Origin: the human T2T-CHM13v2.0 reference genome, Homo sapiens
Assembly: GCF_009914755.1 (NCBI RefSeq)
Contig: NC_060930.1
Length of the DNA: 64,000 nucleotides
Direction: 5' to 3' (one strand)
Every line of letters starts with the position of its first letter. Position 1 is the stretch's first letter. Below, piece by piece: positions 32,093-50,777 of the stretch. Position numbers and translations under genes: made by a program. Under the pieces are notes generated by a model. The model was not told the DNA's origin, did no database searches, and saw only the letters and a program-made list of their open reading frames with translations.

Positions 32093-33567
32093 ATGTTCTT
32101 TTCAAGTTTATCGATTAATTTTCATGAACCTGAAAGGTGTTTGTGAAAGAACACCCTATTCTTATTATTCTATGTACAAAGAGAATCATATTCACTCTTA
32201 ACCCTCACATCAAGACACTTACTTTGATACATTTTTAAAGGCTTGAAATCCAAAATAGAGTTTTAATTTTCTTATCAAAAAATTTCAAGCCTTTATATCA
32301 AGGTGGTAGGATTGTTCATCTCTTTTGTGTCAACCCTGTAAATGTGAGAACTGTAATTGATCTCTGCTATGCGTGAGTGACATGGAAGACCCTGAATATG
32401 TTGTAGAACCAGAACATTTTCATTACCTACATCATGCTGTGTGTCAAACAGGCATGCCAATCAGTTTGTGGATCTAAGCAGGCCATTGCACATGCAAACG
32501 TGTATGATAGGTATGACAGTTTAACTTAGCATTCTCATTTGGAAAACATTCTGGAATATGTGAATAAGTAACTGGAAAATTCCCAAATAGACATAGCATT
32601 GCGGTTCAGAAACATGAATATTTACCATTGACAGAGAGCAAGAGAGAAAGCATGCACACAAGAGAGGGTCCCCATCAAACTGAACAATGTATAAGCAAGA
32701 ATCCACAGTGCAAATTGGAAGGATGATCATGGCTGCGAGGCTACAGTTATGACTAAACAACCATTGATAAATTTATTCTCGACTATATCAAATGATAAAG
32801 AAAATAGCTATGAATTTACTGAAAAAAAAGCATTATCCCTAATTAATAAGAAAAAAGAAAAAGAAAGGAACATCCAGCTCAAACACTTGTCCACCAAATA
32901 GCACAACAGATATTGAGAACACTAATATTTGGTTATAAAGGACAAGAAATTGTTAAGAAGAAAAGTAATTTCCACTTTGGTATTTCTGGCCTTATGAAGA
33001 CATAAGATACATTGGGAGGATTATGGAAACATAAGTGATTGAGAGAAAATCTCATGAGAAACTTAAGAAGATGGGACTGTTTATGAAATAGGAATACCAC
33101 CCATAATTGGACAAAGACAATAAAAAATTTTTCTAATTACAGTATCATTCCATAAGTATACAATGTGTATTATCAGTAGGTGAATATCATAGGCCAAATG
33201 AAAAGCAAACAAGTAAGTAAAAATATTAAGTAGAAAAATATTCTCATGAGTGATTGATATGATTACATTTGAATTTTAGAAGATGTCATTAGTGGAGATG
33301 TGAACAGAATCAGGATTTAGGATGAAGTCTGGGAAAGCTGTTATGAGGCTACTGCAATGGTCTGGGCTCTTTTGGCATTTCCTCTTTAAGCTAAAATTGG
33401 CCCTTTACTTACTATTTATTCTCTTTTCCCTGATATTTGCTCTTCTTGTTTTTAAAAAATCCTTCAATTTAATTTTAAATTTTATGGCTTTCCTCTTCTT
33501 CTACCCGGTTCCGTTCCTTACTCTGCATTGCAAATTACACAGATAGTATAAACATAGACGACGTTAG

Positions 33568-34247
<680 letters not shown>

Positions 34248-35534
34248 TAAAAAAAAATCTGTAACATTTTAAAAGCAATTTTGGCATTAATATTTGTGGT
34301 AGTAATAAGGTTTTACATGATGGATTAGGATATGATGACAATACAATTCTTAAGGTTAACACAGCCAGGAGAATTATATGGCCAAGTGAATAGATCTTTA
34401 GACCTCTGGCTTTGGAAGCTTCTTATGAAATCCTAAGAGATTTACAGACAACAAATGTTTACAACATTTAGGCACACAACAGCATAATACTAGACACAAA
34501 TACTAAGCAATATTCAGAGTCCAAATACAGCCATACTCATTTTGCTTGTAAAAATTTAGTTTTTCAATTTGCCTCCTGCTGCACAGAAGTAATATAGCAG
34601 GTGATTCATTTCCACGTTTGAACTGCTGTTAACCACAATGGGTGAAGGAGAGCGAGATGCAGGCTTCGCTGATCATGTCACCCTTGGAAGAAAGGGGAAT
34701 AAAATTATAGGGCAGAATGACCTATCATATTTCCTTGACAGGTGCTAATTCACTTTGATCTATCCTTCACCATAATTTCATTGGTGGGGAGGACATACAT
34801 ATTTATAAGTGTGGAAACAGGCGACTGTTTTTCTGTTTGCAATTTACAACAACAAAGAATTCATTTCAATTTTCATATTAGAAGTCCCAAGGTGACCCGG
34901 GAGTAGATACCAGTCCCCTGCTGTGCGGGATTTCTAACATAATAAGGAATAAAGCACAACAACAGTACATTGTGACCTGGGCTCATGGGTAATCAATTCA
35001 CATATTTACCATGGAAACAACAGTACCACGCAGAACATCGTCATTGCTTCAATTTGCTGACGAAAGCCCTCTAGAACCCAGGAAGAGTGTGCGTGAAAGC
35101 TGGCTGATTAATCTGACTTACTTATGCTTTGTTAAAGAGTTATTGTCTTAATCATAATTAACACTAAATAGTTACTCATGGAAAAGCTGCAAGAGAGATT
35201 CAGCTCTACCTCTTATGAGGCTTATGGTCTGTGATTTTCAAACCATGAGTCATCGACAAATATATACAATGAAACAGAGATTGAGCCAAATGGGAGGACA
35301 CCAGGGTTTTGATTTCAGAAGTCGGATTTAGAATTTCATTTTCTATGCAAAATACTGCATGGTATACAAACACCTCTCAGGTTATATAATCATGGTGCAT
35401 TATCTTTGTACCCACAAAATGCTTAACGAACTCAGTGGGGTGAGTTCTTTTTCTTCTAAGGAAGGAAAACAAAACTTCTATGCACGGGAAAACAAGCCAG
35501 TGCACGGCATGACTAACACAATGCCATGTAATTA

Positions 35535-36315
35535 GGCAAAAGCTTTGAATAGACATTTCACTTAACGAGATATACGACTGGGTTAATAAGCACATGGATA
35601 AGATGTTTAATATGACTAGTAATTAGAGAACGTCTATAATGAACAAGTTGACAAAATCTAGTGTCGGTGAGGAAGTAGAGAAACTAGAAACCAACACCCC
35701 CGCTCCCCACCACCACCTTTTGCTGGTGGGAATGCAAAATATTGCAGCCACTTGAAAACATTCGAGCAATTTCTGAAACTGTTAAGCACACGACTGTTAG
35801 AGCCAGCAATTCCTCTCCTAGGTATCCAACTGAGGAGAAATGAAAGTGCAGATCCACACGAAGAGTTTTACGCCATGTTCACAGTGTAACTCACAATAAC
35901 AACGCAAATGTCCATCTACTGGTGAATGGATAAACAAAAGGTATCGTATCCTTGCAATGGAGTTTTGCTCATCAAGAAGAGTTTCACGTACAATAACTTT
36001 GAGAAAAATCTCAAAATTACGCTGAGGGAAATAAGACTGACAAAAGATTACATAGCATTTGATTCCATTTATCTAACATTTCTAGAAAAAAAGACAAAAC
36101 TCTATAAGCAGACAGTTGATCAGTGTTTGCCTAGGGCTGAAGGTGGGAGTGAGGATGGCTCAAATATGCATCGAAAAACTTTTTAGGGTTTATTTTTCTG
36201 AAACTGGATTGTGATAACTGGTTGCCCAATTATAAATGTGTATTAGAAATGATCGAACTGGACATATACCTGGAGGATTTGCATGATGTGTAAATTATAC
36301 CCCAATAAAGTTATT
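35535..36315 (+). mobile_element. Old L1 (L1MC/MD-type) 3' end
   Basis: tgaatagacatttcac, ttgctggtgggaatgcaaaat, tgaatggataaacaaa, terminus taaattataccccaataaag. Confidence 0.85.
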
Positions 36316-36891
36316 GGAATTCAGTAAGAACATAGCTTGCTCTAGATGGTTAAAGGTTTCAGTTGTTCCTGTTATAGGATCTTACCATTATGAACTGTCA
36401 TCTTCCCAAACCAGTGAAGTCTTAGCAAGTGCTGGAAATACAAATAGGTTCACAATTTAAAGGGGCAGCTGGAGCCTCAGTACTCCATCAGTAATATGTA
36501 TTAAGACATGCCACAGAGCAAATGCTCACAGTGAAAAGTGCTGGGGAGACTGTACAGGGGTCTACTACATGTGATTAAAGAACTGTGTCAGATGGCATTT
36601 CAACAGCTTTGTAAGTGATGACAGGGACACAGGTAAAGTTGAAAAATCACATTCCTATCCTCCTTAGGACAGATAGTAAGCATACGTTTTTAATTACTGT
36701 CATGAGTCGCTTAACCACATGGATACATTCTGAGAAATAGGTCTTTGTGTGGACATCACAGAGCATACTTACACAAACCTAGATGGTATCACCTGCTACA
36801 AACCTAGACTGGATGGTAGAGCCTTTTGCTGCTGGGTTAAAAACCTGTACAGCATGTTACTGGACTGAATACTGTTGGAAACCATAACACC

Positions 36892-37186
<295 letters not shown>

Positions 37187-37298
37187 GGAAACCATAAAAC
37201 AATGGTAAGTAGATGCACAATGTCTATCTAAACACATGTGAACATGGAAAAGGTACAGTGAAAATACAGTATAAAAGATAAAAAACATGGTACCCCTG

Positions 37299-37614
<316 letters not shown>

Positions 37615-38566
37615 TTACTGTGAATGGAGCTTACAGTACTCCAAGTTGCTCTCCTGATTCAGTGAGTGAGTGAATGTGAAGGCCTAGGACATTATTGTAT
37701 ACCACTGTAGACGTTATGAACACTGTACATCTAGGTTACACTAAATGTATACAACAAAGTTCCTCAATAATAAACTGACCTTGGCTTACTGTAACTTTCT
37801 GACTTTATACACTTCTTAATTTTTAAAACTCTGACACTTGTAATAACACTTAGCTTAAACCACAAACACATTGTACAGCCATATAAATATATTTTCTTCC
37901 TTTATATCTGTATTCTATATGCTTTTTTTCTGTTTCTAAATTTGTAAAACTTTTTAAACTTTTTGTTGAAAACTAAGACACTGACACACACATTAGCCTA
38001 ACAGGGTCAGGATCATCCATATCACCATCTTCCACCCCCATATATTGTCCCACTGGAAGGTCTTCAGGGGCAATGACATGCATGGACCTGTCATTTCCTA
38101 TAACAATGCCTTCTTCTGGAAATCCTCCTGAAGATCCTGCCTGAGACTGCTTTACCGTTAACTTATTTATAAGTAGGAGTATACTCTAAAATAGCAATAA
38201 AAAGTATACAATATACATAAACCAGTAACATAATTATTCATGACCATTATCAAGTATTATGTACTGTACTTCATATGTGCTATACTTTTATATGACTGGC
38301 AGCACAGTTTTGTTTACACCAGCACCACCACAAACATGAATAATGCCTTGAGCTACTACATTGCAACAGCTACAGTGTCACTAGGCGATAGGAATTTTTC
38401 AGCTCCACTATAATTGTATGGGACCACCATCCTGTGTCTGTCATGGACTGAAGTGTCATTGTCATTATACAACACCTTACTGCACTCAAATGACCTCCTG
38501 CTTCACCCGTAAAGGAAAATCATCATCAGTGTAGCCTGTAGCTATAGGATGGTGAAGTTCACTAAC

Positions 38567-38665
38567 TTGCCAGCCAGTCACTGTGTTGAAATTTGGTAGA
38601 ACGTCATCCTCTGAGCCACTCCTAAATCTTAGTGGGAACACAAGTAGCACAGGATAGGCTGACAA
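38567..38665 (-). other. Candidate 99-nt phase 0-0 exon
   Basis: ttccttctatctgctttcacttcag | 99 nt open in one frame | gttagt. Confidence 0.25.
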
Positions 38666-39991
38666 CTGAAGTGAAAGCAGATAGAAGGAACTTTTCAACC
38701 TCTCTTGTAGAACAACATTTCAATTACCAGAGAAAGTGGATTCTCTGGGATGCTACAAGGCAGATGTCAGCCTCAATTGGTTAAATCTGAGAAACATTGA
38801 CTGAATTTCTCAAAAACAACAGGGAATCCTGCATCTAATTCCAATTCATGTTTAAAAAGCCCAGAAAATTAAGTTACATACAATAAGGCAAGTAATACAT
38901 TATTACCATTTTGTTGCCACTCAGGATTCAAACAAAAGAGACTCCAATAAACCCCCTGTTGTCAAATGCAGAAGATGAAATTGGCAGAGTGTCAACTTCT
39001 ACAGAAGGCCTCACTTCTCTTCCTTGTTCTAGCTATTTCCTGCTTGTCTTTTAAAATTCCTATTAAGTCTTATGGTTTTGAAAAATATTTTCCTGACCCC
39101 TCAGTGTGTCCCCACTTTCAGCCACCTTACTTACAGTCTGATTCAGAGGTTCCATTGTTTTGCCCTGGTATGCAAAATGGATGTCTATCATTTCTCACAT
39201 TGCATGCAAACAAATATTAGTTTACTTTTTTCTCTCATATTAGAAATCTGTTAAGGGAAGGGGGAAATACATATGTGTGTGTATATATACTTATATTTGT
39301 ACACGTGCACATACATATAAGTAAATTTGCTTAATTACCTAGGTGCTGAACCAGAATTTCATAAATTATTTGTGGGGATATAATATAAGTACATGAGGTA
39401 ATTCCTACATGAAATGGAGTAACTAACATAGGTCAGCATTAAGTTGCCATTAAAAAGTTCCAAAGTATGCATTACTCATGTTTGGATACCATGTAACCTG
39501 TAATGAGATCTGAATTCTGGAAATACAGGCAATGATTACAGGAGTCTAAGAATAAAGAAGCCAGCATAAGCCTAAAAAATAAAGAGAAGGTTTTGGAGAA
39601 GTTGGAGTTTTGTTTTTAATTTTCATACATCTTGGATTTTATAGCAAACTCAATTAACTAATTAAAAATTAGACTCAATTAACTCATAAAAAATGCATGT
39701 TCTTATGCTGTGATCATATTTCACAATTGCAGTTTAAACAAAACCATGACTCACTATGCTGACGTTATGTCCTGGTGCTGCCACCTATGGACACCAGGTC
39801 ACAGCTCCCTCCAGGCTGGCAGGCATCTTGCAGCATGGCTGGAGGATCCTCCCATGTGGCCTCCCTGTTCCTGATCTCAGCAGCTTGTTTCCCACACCTT
39901 CAAGTGTACATTTCCTCAGGTCACTCCATAGCATACAATCCTCCACTGAGTGAATCCCCATCACACATATAAAGTAGATTCTGCAGTTGGG

Positions 39992-40587
<596 letters not shown>

Positions 40588-40589
40588 TG

Positions 40590-41315
40590 GTGCAGATTCT
40601 GAATGGAACTTGCGAGACCCTTCAGAACGTGGCCCACCTGGCTTCCTCTTTCCCTGTCTGCCTGGTACTCTTTGTACTTTGCCTAGGAAAGAAACGGCCA
40701 TTCCTTGCTATCCTCCATTGCTTTGTACACACAGCCCCTGCCTTTCAAGCATTTTTCCCATTCTCTTTCCTCAGCTGAGTTCACTATTGTTTCTGTGTCT
40801 GGACTTGAATCCAGGCTCTGGCGCTTCGTAGTTATGGGACAATGGGGAAGTTACTTAACCTCTCTGGGGCTCAGATTCCTCGTCTGTGAAATGGGATTAG
40901 AAAAAGAAACTGTCTCCTGGGATTTATTGTGGGGTTAAAGTCAGATATTTTAGGTCAAGAGCTAAAGAATACCTAGGAAAAAGTAAGCATTCAAAATCTA
41001 CTTACTGCCCCTATCACACTACCATCATCACCAATCACTTCTCGGGCCTCATCTTTAACCTCACACACTCCAGGAAGGCCTCACTGATCCTCAAATATGA
41101 ATCCAATGGCCCAGACTGTGTGCTTAGGTACCCTGCATTAAAATGACCTACTATAATTTACTGGAAGTATTTTCTATTTGTTTCCTCCTAGTTTGCGTTT
41201 AATGTCTTTTCCACAGTGACTAAGTCTGACTTGGTCAATTTTGAAAGGCTAGTATTCAGCATAGTGCCTGACACACAGCAAGATTTTAATAACTACTCAC
41301 TGAATCTATAAATGA
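40590..41315 (+). mobile_element. L2 3' end interrupted by a MIR
   Basis: ccaggaaggcctcactgatc; terminal agcatagtgcctgacacacagca..aaatgaat. Confidence 0.6.
40795..41005 (+). mobile_element. MIR
   Basis: aagttacttaacctctctggggctcagattcctcgtctgtgaaatggg. Confidence 0.8.
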
Positions 41316-42079
41316 ATTTCAGTAATTCAGAATTCAGAATGAATTTCAGAGTCTAATGGCCGAAATAATTTTCCCAAACTCGGCTGACAATTGATTTTTC
41401 AGGGGAAGTCCAGATAGGTTAAGAGCAGAAAAGGTGACTCATTCTTCAGGGGCTCAACACCCATTCCCCACTGCCCAGGGAAAGTGTTTGCATGCCATGT
41501 GAAACTTCAAGCAAGCTAGTTTTTAAGCTGTTAAAAAAAATGAGGGAATTAATTGTTCTGAGCAGTTTCTCACCATCTCCACAGCATTAAATTCAACATT
41601 CGATTTGCTTTTCAAACACAGTTAACAGGCAGGAAGATGAGATAATCTATTTCAGTGAAAATGTAAACTGTGGAAGTACCCTGTGAGTAAACTAGGGGAG
41701 AGAGTCCCTCCACAAACAAGAACCACGGCTGCCCGTGGGGAGGCTGGGAACATGCCCAGAATTCACCTGGCATCACTGTTGAGGTCAAATGTTAAGACTT
41801 GCTGGGAAAAAAATATTGTTGTTGTTGTTTTTTGGTGAATCCAGAGGAAGGAAACATATTAAAATTCTAATGAATGACTAAAGTGAAAATGCTTTACAGG
41901 CTTATGAATGAAAATTTTCCCAAATTTTTCCTTATATAAAGATTATGCATACAAATTTAAATACCACAAAATCCAAATATAAAACAATTTATGATGGGCT
42001 AATATAAAATTACACTTTTTCAATATGATAGAATTGCATCTTTGACTTTATAGAAATGTTGTTTAAAAATGTCTTTAGA

Positions 42080-42393
<314 letters not shown>

Positions 42394-42639
42394 TTATATA
42401 CAAACTGATATCTAAAGGAAGATCCATTTTATACTTCATTAGTGTAACTTTCAGTTACATGGAGTTGTAACTAAGTGCATTAAAGATACAATTGAACTTA
42501 TTCCCAGATGTCAAGTGTCCCTGCCAAGATTTAAATCCAATCACAATATGAATGATGTTTAGGAGATTCAATGGGGATAAAACAAACAAACAAACAACAT
42601 GGAAGACATCCTCCTTCTTTGCTAGTTGATGATGAAGAA

Positions 42640-42860
42640 AATAAGGGCAGCTACTATGCTTTACTAGGCACTTACCACATGCCAGACACTGTGCTGAACT
42701 CTTTATATGTCTCGTCTCCTCCCCACGAGACTCATTTAAGGTTTGTATTTATTATTCCCAATTTAAAATTAAGAACATTGGAGCTGAGAGAGGTCAAATA
42801 GCTTTCTCTAAACCACTCAGCTAGTAAACGGTGCAGTAGAAGCTGAAGTAAGTTCTGTAA
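42640..42860 (-). mobile_element. MIR
   Basis: ggcacttaccacatgccagacactgtgct..gagaggtcaaatagc. Confidence 0.75.
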
Positions 42861-43169
42861 TCTATTTTAGGAACTTTTCAAAACGAACTGTTCTGTTTGA
42901 AAGTTACGGAGAGTCTACCTCTAAGTAAATGGGAGTGGTGAACACTTAGAATGACAAGGAACTGCCACTTCGTTCTTGACCTGTAGAAAGGCAGTCGGTG
43001 AGGGAGACATGCTATGATCTATTCGGTAGTCCTAAAAGAGACTCATACTTATATACCTAAATACGCAGGTCAAGACCTGGGCGAATTTCCCTATTATATA
43101 TTCCTGTAGCTGAGTGATGATTCCTTTGTAGCGGGAGTCGCAGATTCAGTTTCATCTGTCTGTTGTGGT

Positions 43170-43310
43170 TATTAGACTGAGGTCATCTCCCTCACTTGAC
43201 TTACCCTCCAAGAAAACAGGGAACTTATCTGGCTTGGCGCACACTGTCTCTTCAGCCCTGGAGCACTTTGTAAAGATGAAGTACTGAATAAATATTTCAG
43301 AATGAATGCA
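43170..43310 (+). mobile_element. L2 3' end
   Basis: Terminal aataaatatttcagaatgaatg. Confidence 0.55.
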
Positions 43311-44478
43311 TAAGGGAAATGTGTGTTCAGAGGGCTGCAGCAGTTGAGTTCTTAATACATCGACCCTTTCAACACATTCCTGGGGCCTGGTGACCTCTAC
43401 CAAGGCTACCTTCATGTTCGTCTTATCCCTGTTGCAGCAATTTGCAAATTGAGGAATATATAATCTAGTGAGTTTTAGGTCTGGTTGCACTCTAGTTGCA
43501 GTCTAAGAAACAGGTGAAAGAGCATATTTTAAAATGAAAACATAGGAGAGTTCTTTGAAACTGAATCTAAGTCCAACAAGCCTACGAGAGATATAACTGT
43601 CTTTCTCTATAAGACATTCAAATGAGCTCTGAAGTGGTACAACAAGGGCAAGTAGTGGCAAACCCTGGGAATCTTCTAGCAGAGGCAAATAAATTCAGCC
43701 TTTAGAGAAAATCCCTCTAAATTTTGCTTCTCCTTTTTAAAAGACAATAAGTTACATTTTGATAAACAAGGCTCAGATAAATGAGAACATTTAATTCTAA
43801 AGGATACCTGTTCTAGAATGACTGGTGGGCAGAAAATTACAGTTTTAGATACTTCGTGTGTGTGGGAGAAGATACTATACACTAAAATGAAAAAAAAATA
43901 CACATACACATGGGAGTTGTTTTCTAGTTTGCCAATGATAGTTTGTTAACCAGTATTTTCCTTCCTTAGTAATCTTTTTATAAGTGAATTTGTGTATTCT
44001 CCAAACCCACTTGCATGTACATGCTTTTACTCATATATTTTGAAGAGGATTGCAAAGTGTCTGAAGAACTACGAAGGAGCTTAATCAAAACCGTGAATAC
44101 ATCACTACGTCTTACATACAGGAAAATTAGGCCTCCATATTTTTAAGCTGAAAAAATGCTGAAGAATAAATAAGGGGTAAAGAGGAATACAAACACTACA
44201 TTAACTTACAGGGTAAAATAACTTACACTTATAACTAGAATAGAAGAAAATCAAAAGTCATGTTAACAAAAAGCAAAGATGATAATAGAGTCCACTTTAA
44301 TTATATTTGAATTAGAAAATGGCTAAGGGAAATGTTATTAGTTTTAAAACAGAAAAGACATTTTTACGACTGAAATTTAAAAGAAACATATTTTAGGAAA
44401 TCAATCTAAACAATAATTTCATCTTTAATGGAAATGAGAGTAGTTAGAATTTTTTAAGTGGTTACTAAAAAATTACTT

Positions 44479-44577
44479 TGCTTGAACTTGGGAGGCGGAA
44501 GTTGCAGTGAGCCAAGACCCTGCCACTGCACTCCAGCCTGGGCAACAAAGTGAAACTCTGTTTAAAAAAAAAAAAAA
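44479..44577 (+). mobile_element. 5'-truncated Alu right-arm fragment
   Basis: tgcttgaacttgggaggcgg..A tail. Confidence 0.9.
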
Positions 44578-44739
44578 CTTTACAAAAATAAACAGTACCA
44601 TAGTAAATGTCTCAATGAAATTATTTTAGAGTGAAGAACTTTAGATAAAGTTACTGAAGAAGCATAAAAAATATTAGAACAATCTGTATATCATTGTTAA
44701 GGAAAAGAGTGAACAAGGATAACATTTATGTTTGCTTAC

Positions 44740-45079
44740 TGTTGTAGACCAAATATTTGTTCCTTCCCCAAATTCATATTAGGAAATACACCTACTATGA
44801 TGGTACCCCTGGGAGACGGGGCCTTTGGAAGGTGATTAGGTCATGAGGATACAACCTTCATGATTGGGATTAGTGTCTTTATGAAAGTTGCCTTCTGCTA
44901 TGTAAGGACATAAGGAGAAAGTGGTCTGCAACCCAGAAGAGAGCTCTCAGCAGAGCCTGACCTTGCTGGCACCCTGATCTTGGACTTCCAGCCTTCAAAA
45001 CTGTCAGAAATAAATATCTGTTGTTTATAAGCCATTTAATTGTGATATTTTGTTATGGCAGCCTGAATGGATAATGACA
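44740..45079 (+). mobile_element. MLT1A/B-type solo LTR
   Basis: cccaaattcatatt..gctggcaccctgatcttggacttccagcc..aaataaatatctgttgtttataagcc. Confidence 0.85.
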
Positions 45080-45384
45080 CTTATTATTAATATTTGGGAA
45101 GATAGGGAAAAATAATTTATGATGGTTAAAAATACAGATTTGTAGGAGGAAATAAAGCACAGCTTTGAAAGACAAATCATACTCGATCAGGTAAATTCCC
45201 TTTATGACTCACTGTGTAGATTAGAAGAGGCAGGAGATTTAATATTTCTTAGCTTCATAAAGTCCTTGGTTTTATTCCACAGGATTTAGTCATAAATAAG
45301 TGAATATATATTTCAGCCCTACAAGAAGTTAAGTGGTTCCGTATGGACTAGGGTGGGAGGTGAGATAAGATAGAAAATATAACA

Positions 45385-45600
45385 ATCATCAGAATATATA
45401 ACATATAACAAGATACTATTTGCCAGACGCCATAGTATAGTATCTTACACATTATTTCCTGGAATTACAACAGCTGACCTAGTGAGGTAGGTGTTTTTAT
45501 TTTAACTTTCACCTAGGAATAAACTGAGGGTCAGAGTGTAGTTAAGAAACTTGATCAAGGTCACATAAGTCCCAAGTGGCAGGGCTGAAATCTGTTGATT
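45385..45600 (-). mobile_element. MIR
   Basis: aaactgagggtcagag..ttaagaaacttgatcaaggtcaca. Confidence 0.7.
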
Positions 45601-45699
45601 TTTCAAAGCATCTTTCTGCCCCTAAGCCTTTGGAGTTAACATGGGGACTCACGAGAGCATTTCTTAAAAACTTGTCTTGGATCTAATTGGAATAGGCTC

Positions 45700-46602
<903 letters not shown>

Positions 46603-46786
46603 TCACGTCAATTTTTTTAAAAGGCTCAAAACACTTCCTAAAATTATGAAGCCCAAGAATAATGTCTGCAACCCATGAATGCATAAGGCAAAGGAAATAA
46701 TGGGATTCCTTGTTTTCATAATTGAATAAACAAGGAAGGTGTTCCCTTTGCCTTGCACAGACTGCATTTTCAGTAAAATGGAAAAT

Positions 46787-46838
46787 TGTTGGCAATGCCA
46801 CTGAATTTACCTGTTGGCAATGCCACTGAATTTACCTG
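46787..46838 (+). repeat. Perfect 25-bp tandem duplication
   Basis: tgttggcaatgccactgaatttacc x2. Confidence 0.95.
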
Positions 46839-46879
46839 AAGCCAGCATTCTCTCTTGGACAGAAATAAAACAATGAGCC

Positions 46880-47040
46880 ATACTGGGGTTCAGACAGCCT
46901 GGGTTCCAGTCCCAGCTCAAGGAAGAACTAGGTGAACTAAGGAGTTCACAACCTGACATCTTGGTGTCTGTTTATTTATCCATAGATGTGAGTGAAATCA
47001 GGCCAGATGGATGAATGATTGCTACATTATCTTCTAACCT
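46880..47040 (+). mobile_element. MIR
   Basis: cagacagcctgggttccagtcccagctc. Confidence 0.6.
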
Positions 47041-47398
47041 AAAAAAATTTATAAGTTAATATTTTATGAAATGAAACAAATTGTGATTTCATCTTGTATA
47101 TAATAGATACAATAATAAATAGTGTCCAGAAAGCACTGGGAGCAATACATTAGGAGTGATGTATGATGTGCAGACAAAAATGAGAAGATTGTTCTTCAAA
47201 CATTGTCTGGGGACGAAACAAGTCATCATGGATCACAGGTTTACACAATTTAGTAATCTACTTAAATGCAACAGTTCTCAGTAGAATATAGCATTTCACT
47301 CTTCACCTACATGGCTGAGTACCTCGTTGTAATACTAAATGTTCTTGCCCATTGTAGAAACTCATATGTATTGCTGAATAATCCTGACACTGAATCAT

Positions 47399-47875
47399 TG
47401 TGGTAGGCAGAATAATGGCTCCCAATGATGTCTATGTCCAAATTCAAAAACCCTGCAAATAGGAATATGTTACTTTACATGGCAAGGGGAAATCAAAGTT
47501 GTAGATAATAATCAGCTGATCTTCAGATATGATGAGGATCCTGAATCACTTAGGTAGTAGCAATATAATCACAGGATCCTTAAAAGGTAGAAGGGGAAGG
47601 CAGGATAGTCAGTGTCAGAGTGACACAAGAAAGAGTCCACCGGCTACTGTTGGCCATGAGGATGAAAGGGGCCATGGGCCCAGGAATGGCAGCACCTCCA
47701 GAACCTGGAAAGCACAAGGAAATGGACTCTCCCTGAGAGCTTCCAGAAGGAACGTAACTCTGCCAACACCTTGATTTTTAGGACTTCTGACCTACAAAAC
47801 TTGAAGATAATATACATGTGTTATTTTTAGCCACTACATTTGTGGTAATTGGTTATAGCAGCTGAAAAAATATAT
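47399..47875 (+). mobile_element. MLT1D-type solo LTR within an L2 3' end
   Basis: tgtggtaggcagaataatggctccc..tactttacatggcaaggg..tttgtggtaattggttatagcagc. Confidence 0.85.
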
Positions 47876-47930
47876 ATAATAGGTTGTTTTTGAATGAACG
47901 AATGAATGAACTCATGGATGTGGGAGGTCA

Positions 47931-48283
<353 letters not shown>

Positions 48284-48289
48284 CTATAT

Positions 48290-48400
48290 CTATCCCTTGA
48301 TATTGAACTTCCCAGCCTCCAAAATTGTAAAAAGTAGATTTCTTTATCAATTACCCAGTCTGCGGTATTCTGTTATAGTGACACAAAATGGGCTGAGGCA
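48290..48400 (+). mobile_element. MST/MLT1 LTR 3' fragment
   Basis: aacttcccagcctcca..aattacccagtctgcggtattctgttatag. Confidence 0.75.
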
Positions 48401-49652
48401 CTGACCAACAAAAATTGTCCTGAGAAAGACAGGGGCACCTATTTTAATAATGGCATGAGAACAAACACCATTCTGAAAGAAAGCAAAGGGTTTCTCTGAG
48501 TTTTAAAAGCACACAAAATATTTAATAATAGATTATAAGTATTGATGATGAAGACTACTTATGGATTATTTGTACTTTCCCCTATGGAAAGCAGAAAGAT
48601 TTTAACTATGGTTATCAAAATATATTATGATAAAATGTTGGAGGAGAATTTAGCACAAAACTGTGATTTCAAGAGAATAAAATGATTTAATTTCTTACCG
48701 ATTAGGAGATTGTAGAGGAGAAGAAAACAATTCATCCATCGAAGGCAATGCTATCATGGAGTTTAGCAGGAACTTAAGTGAATGCTTTAGTGAAAATCAT
48801 CAACCATATGTGACTACTTTAAAAAGCCTAAAAATGTTTTTTAATGCTAAAGTTCACAGAAAATAAACTTCTAATCCTTTAAATATGTTAGATTAAAATA
48901 TTTTTATTATAAAAAATTCAGAAATATTTAAAAAAATCTCAGTTAACATAATTAAGATTAATCTTGGCAATGTGAAAAAAACACAGTTGTCTTTTCTCTG
49001 ATGTATCGTGTTAATTAAAAAGCAAACATACATATTGTTTTATGTTGGGTTATGTTTCCGAAACAGTTCAAATATGCTTCCTCCCACATAATGTTTAAGA
49101 TCATAAAAAATATAAATTTTTGTTCATTGAATATTTATATTTTTATATCAACTATAATTATGTTTTCCAGAATATCACCTTAAAAATGCTTTCCAAGATC
49201 TTTAGGCAAGTTAAAACCTTGAAGTAATATTAAATTAATTGAAAATCATTTGATACTCAGAAAATTTCAAAGTAAGATAAAAAGAATACTGAAACATTAA
49301 CTACTAAGCATAATTTTAAGTTTGTATACTTTTATTTTTATTTTTACATGCTCGAGGGAAGCCAAATCTTTAGCTTATGTTAATGACCATTTTCATTTTT
49401 GCCACTTTGCAAAGCGAAAAAAGGATGTGTGTAGCTATAAAAAAATTATGTTTTATGTGTCTCTGACTTCTGCTAGTCAGCTAGAATGCTTATGTACAAC
49501 ACACAATCTCAATTATCTGTCAAGTATCTTGCTGAAATAGCAATTATAGTTATATAGATGGTTACAACTATACTAGCAGAAAGAGTGAGAGAAAAAGAAA
49601 AACATATTTATGCTTTTTTTTTTCAAGAACAAAGACTGGTTTTTGAATAAAG

Positions 49653-50410
<758 letters not shown>

Positions 50411-50777
50411 TCCTAAAGTGTCTGTCTGTCCTACAATGTAAATGAAGCTCACAGTTCCCCTGCAGACATTTCAGGGAACCCCAGAAGTCTTCAGACCACA
50501 CTTTGTCCTAAAGTGTCTGTCTGTCCTACAATGTAAATGAAGCTCACAGTTCCCCTGCAGACATTTCAGGGAACCCCAGAAGTCTTCAGACCACACTTTG
50601 TCCTAAAGTTTCTGTCTGTCCTACAATGTAAATGAAGCTCACAGTTCCCCTGAAAACATTTCAGGGAACCCCAGAAGTCTTTGGACCACACTTTGTCCTA
50701 AAGCGTCTGTCTGTCCTACAGTGCAAATGAAGTACACCACTTGGAGAGTGAATTGGACTTGTGTTGGTTTATAATGC

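Noticed and set aside
43199-43310. Minus-strand donor AGG|gtaagt and 112-aa ORF
   Set aside because: Lies in an L2 3' end with no clear acceptor.
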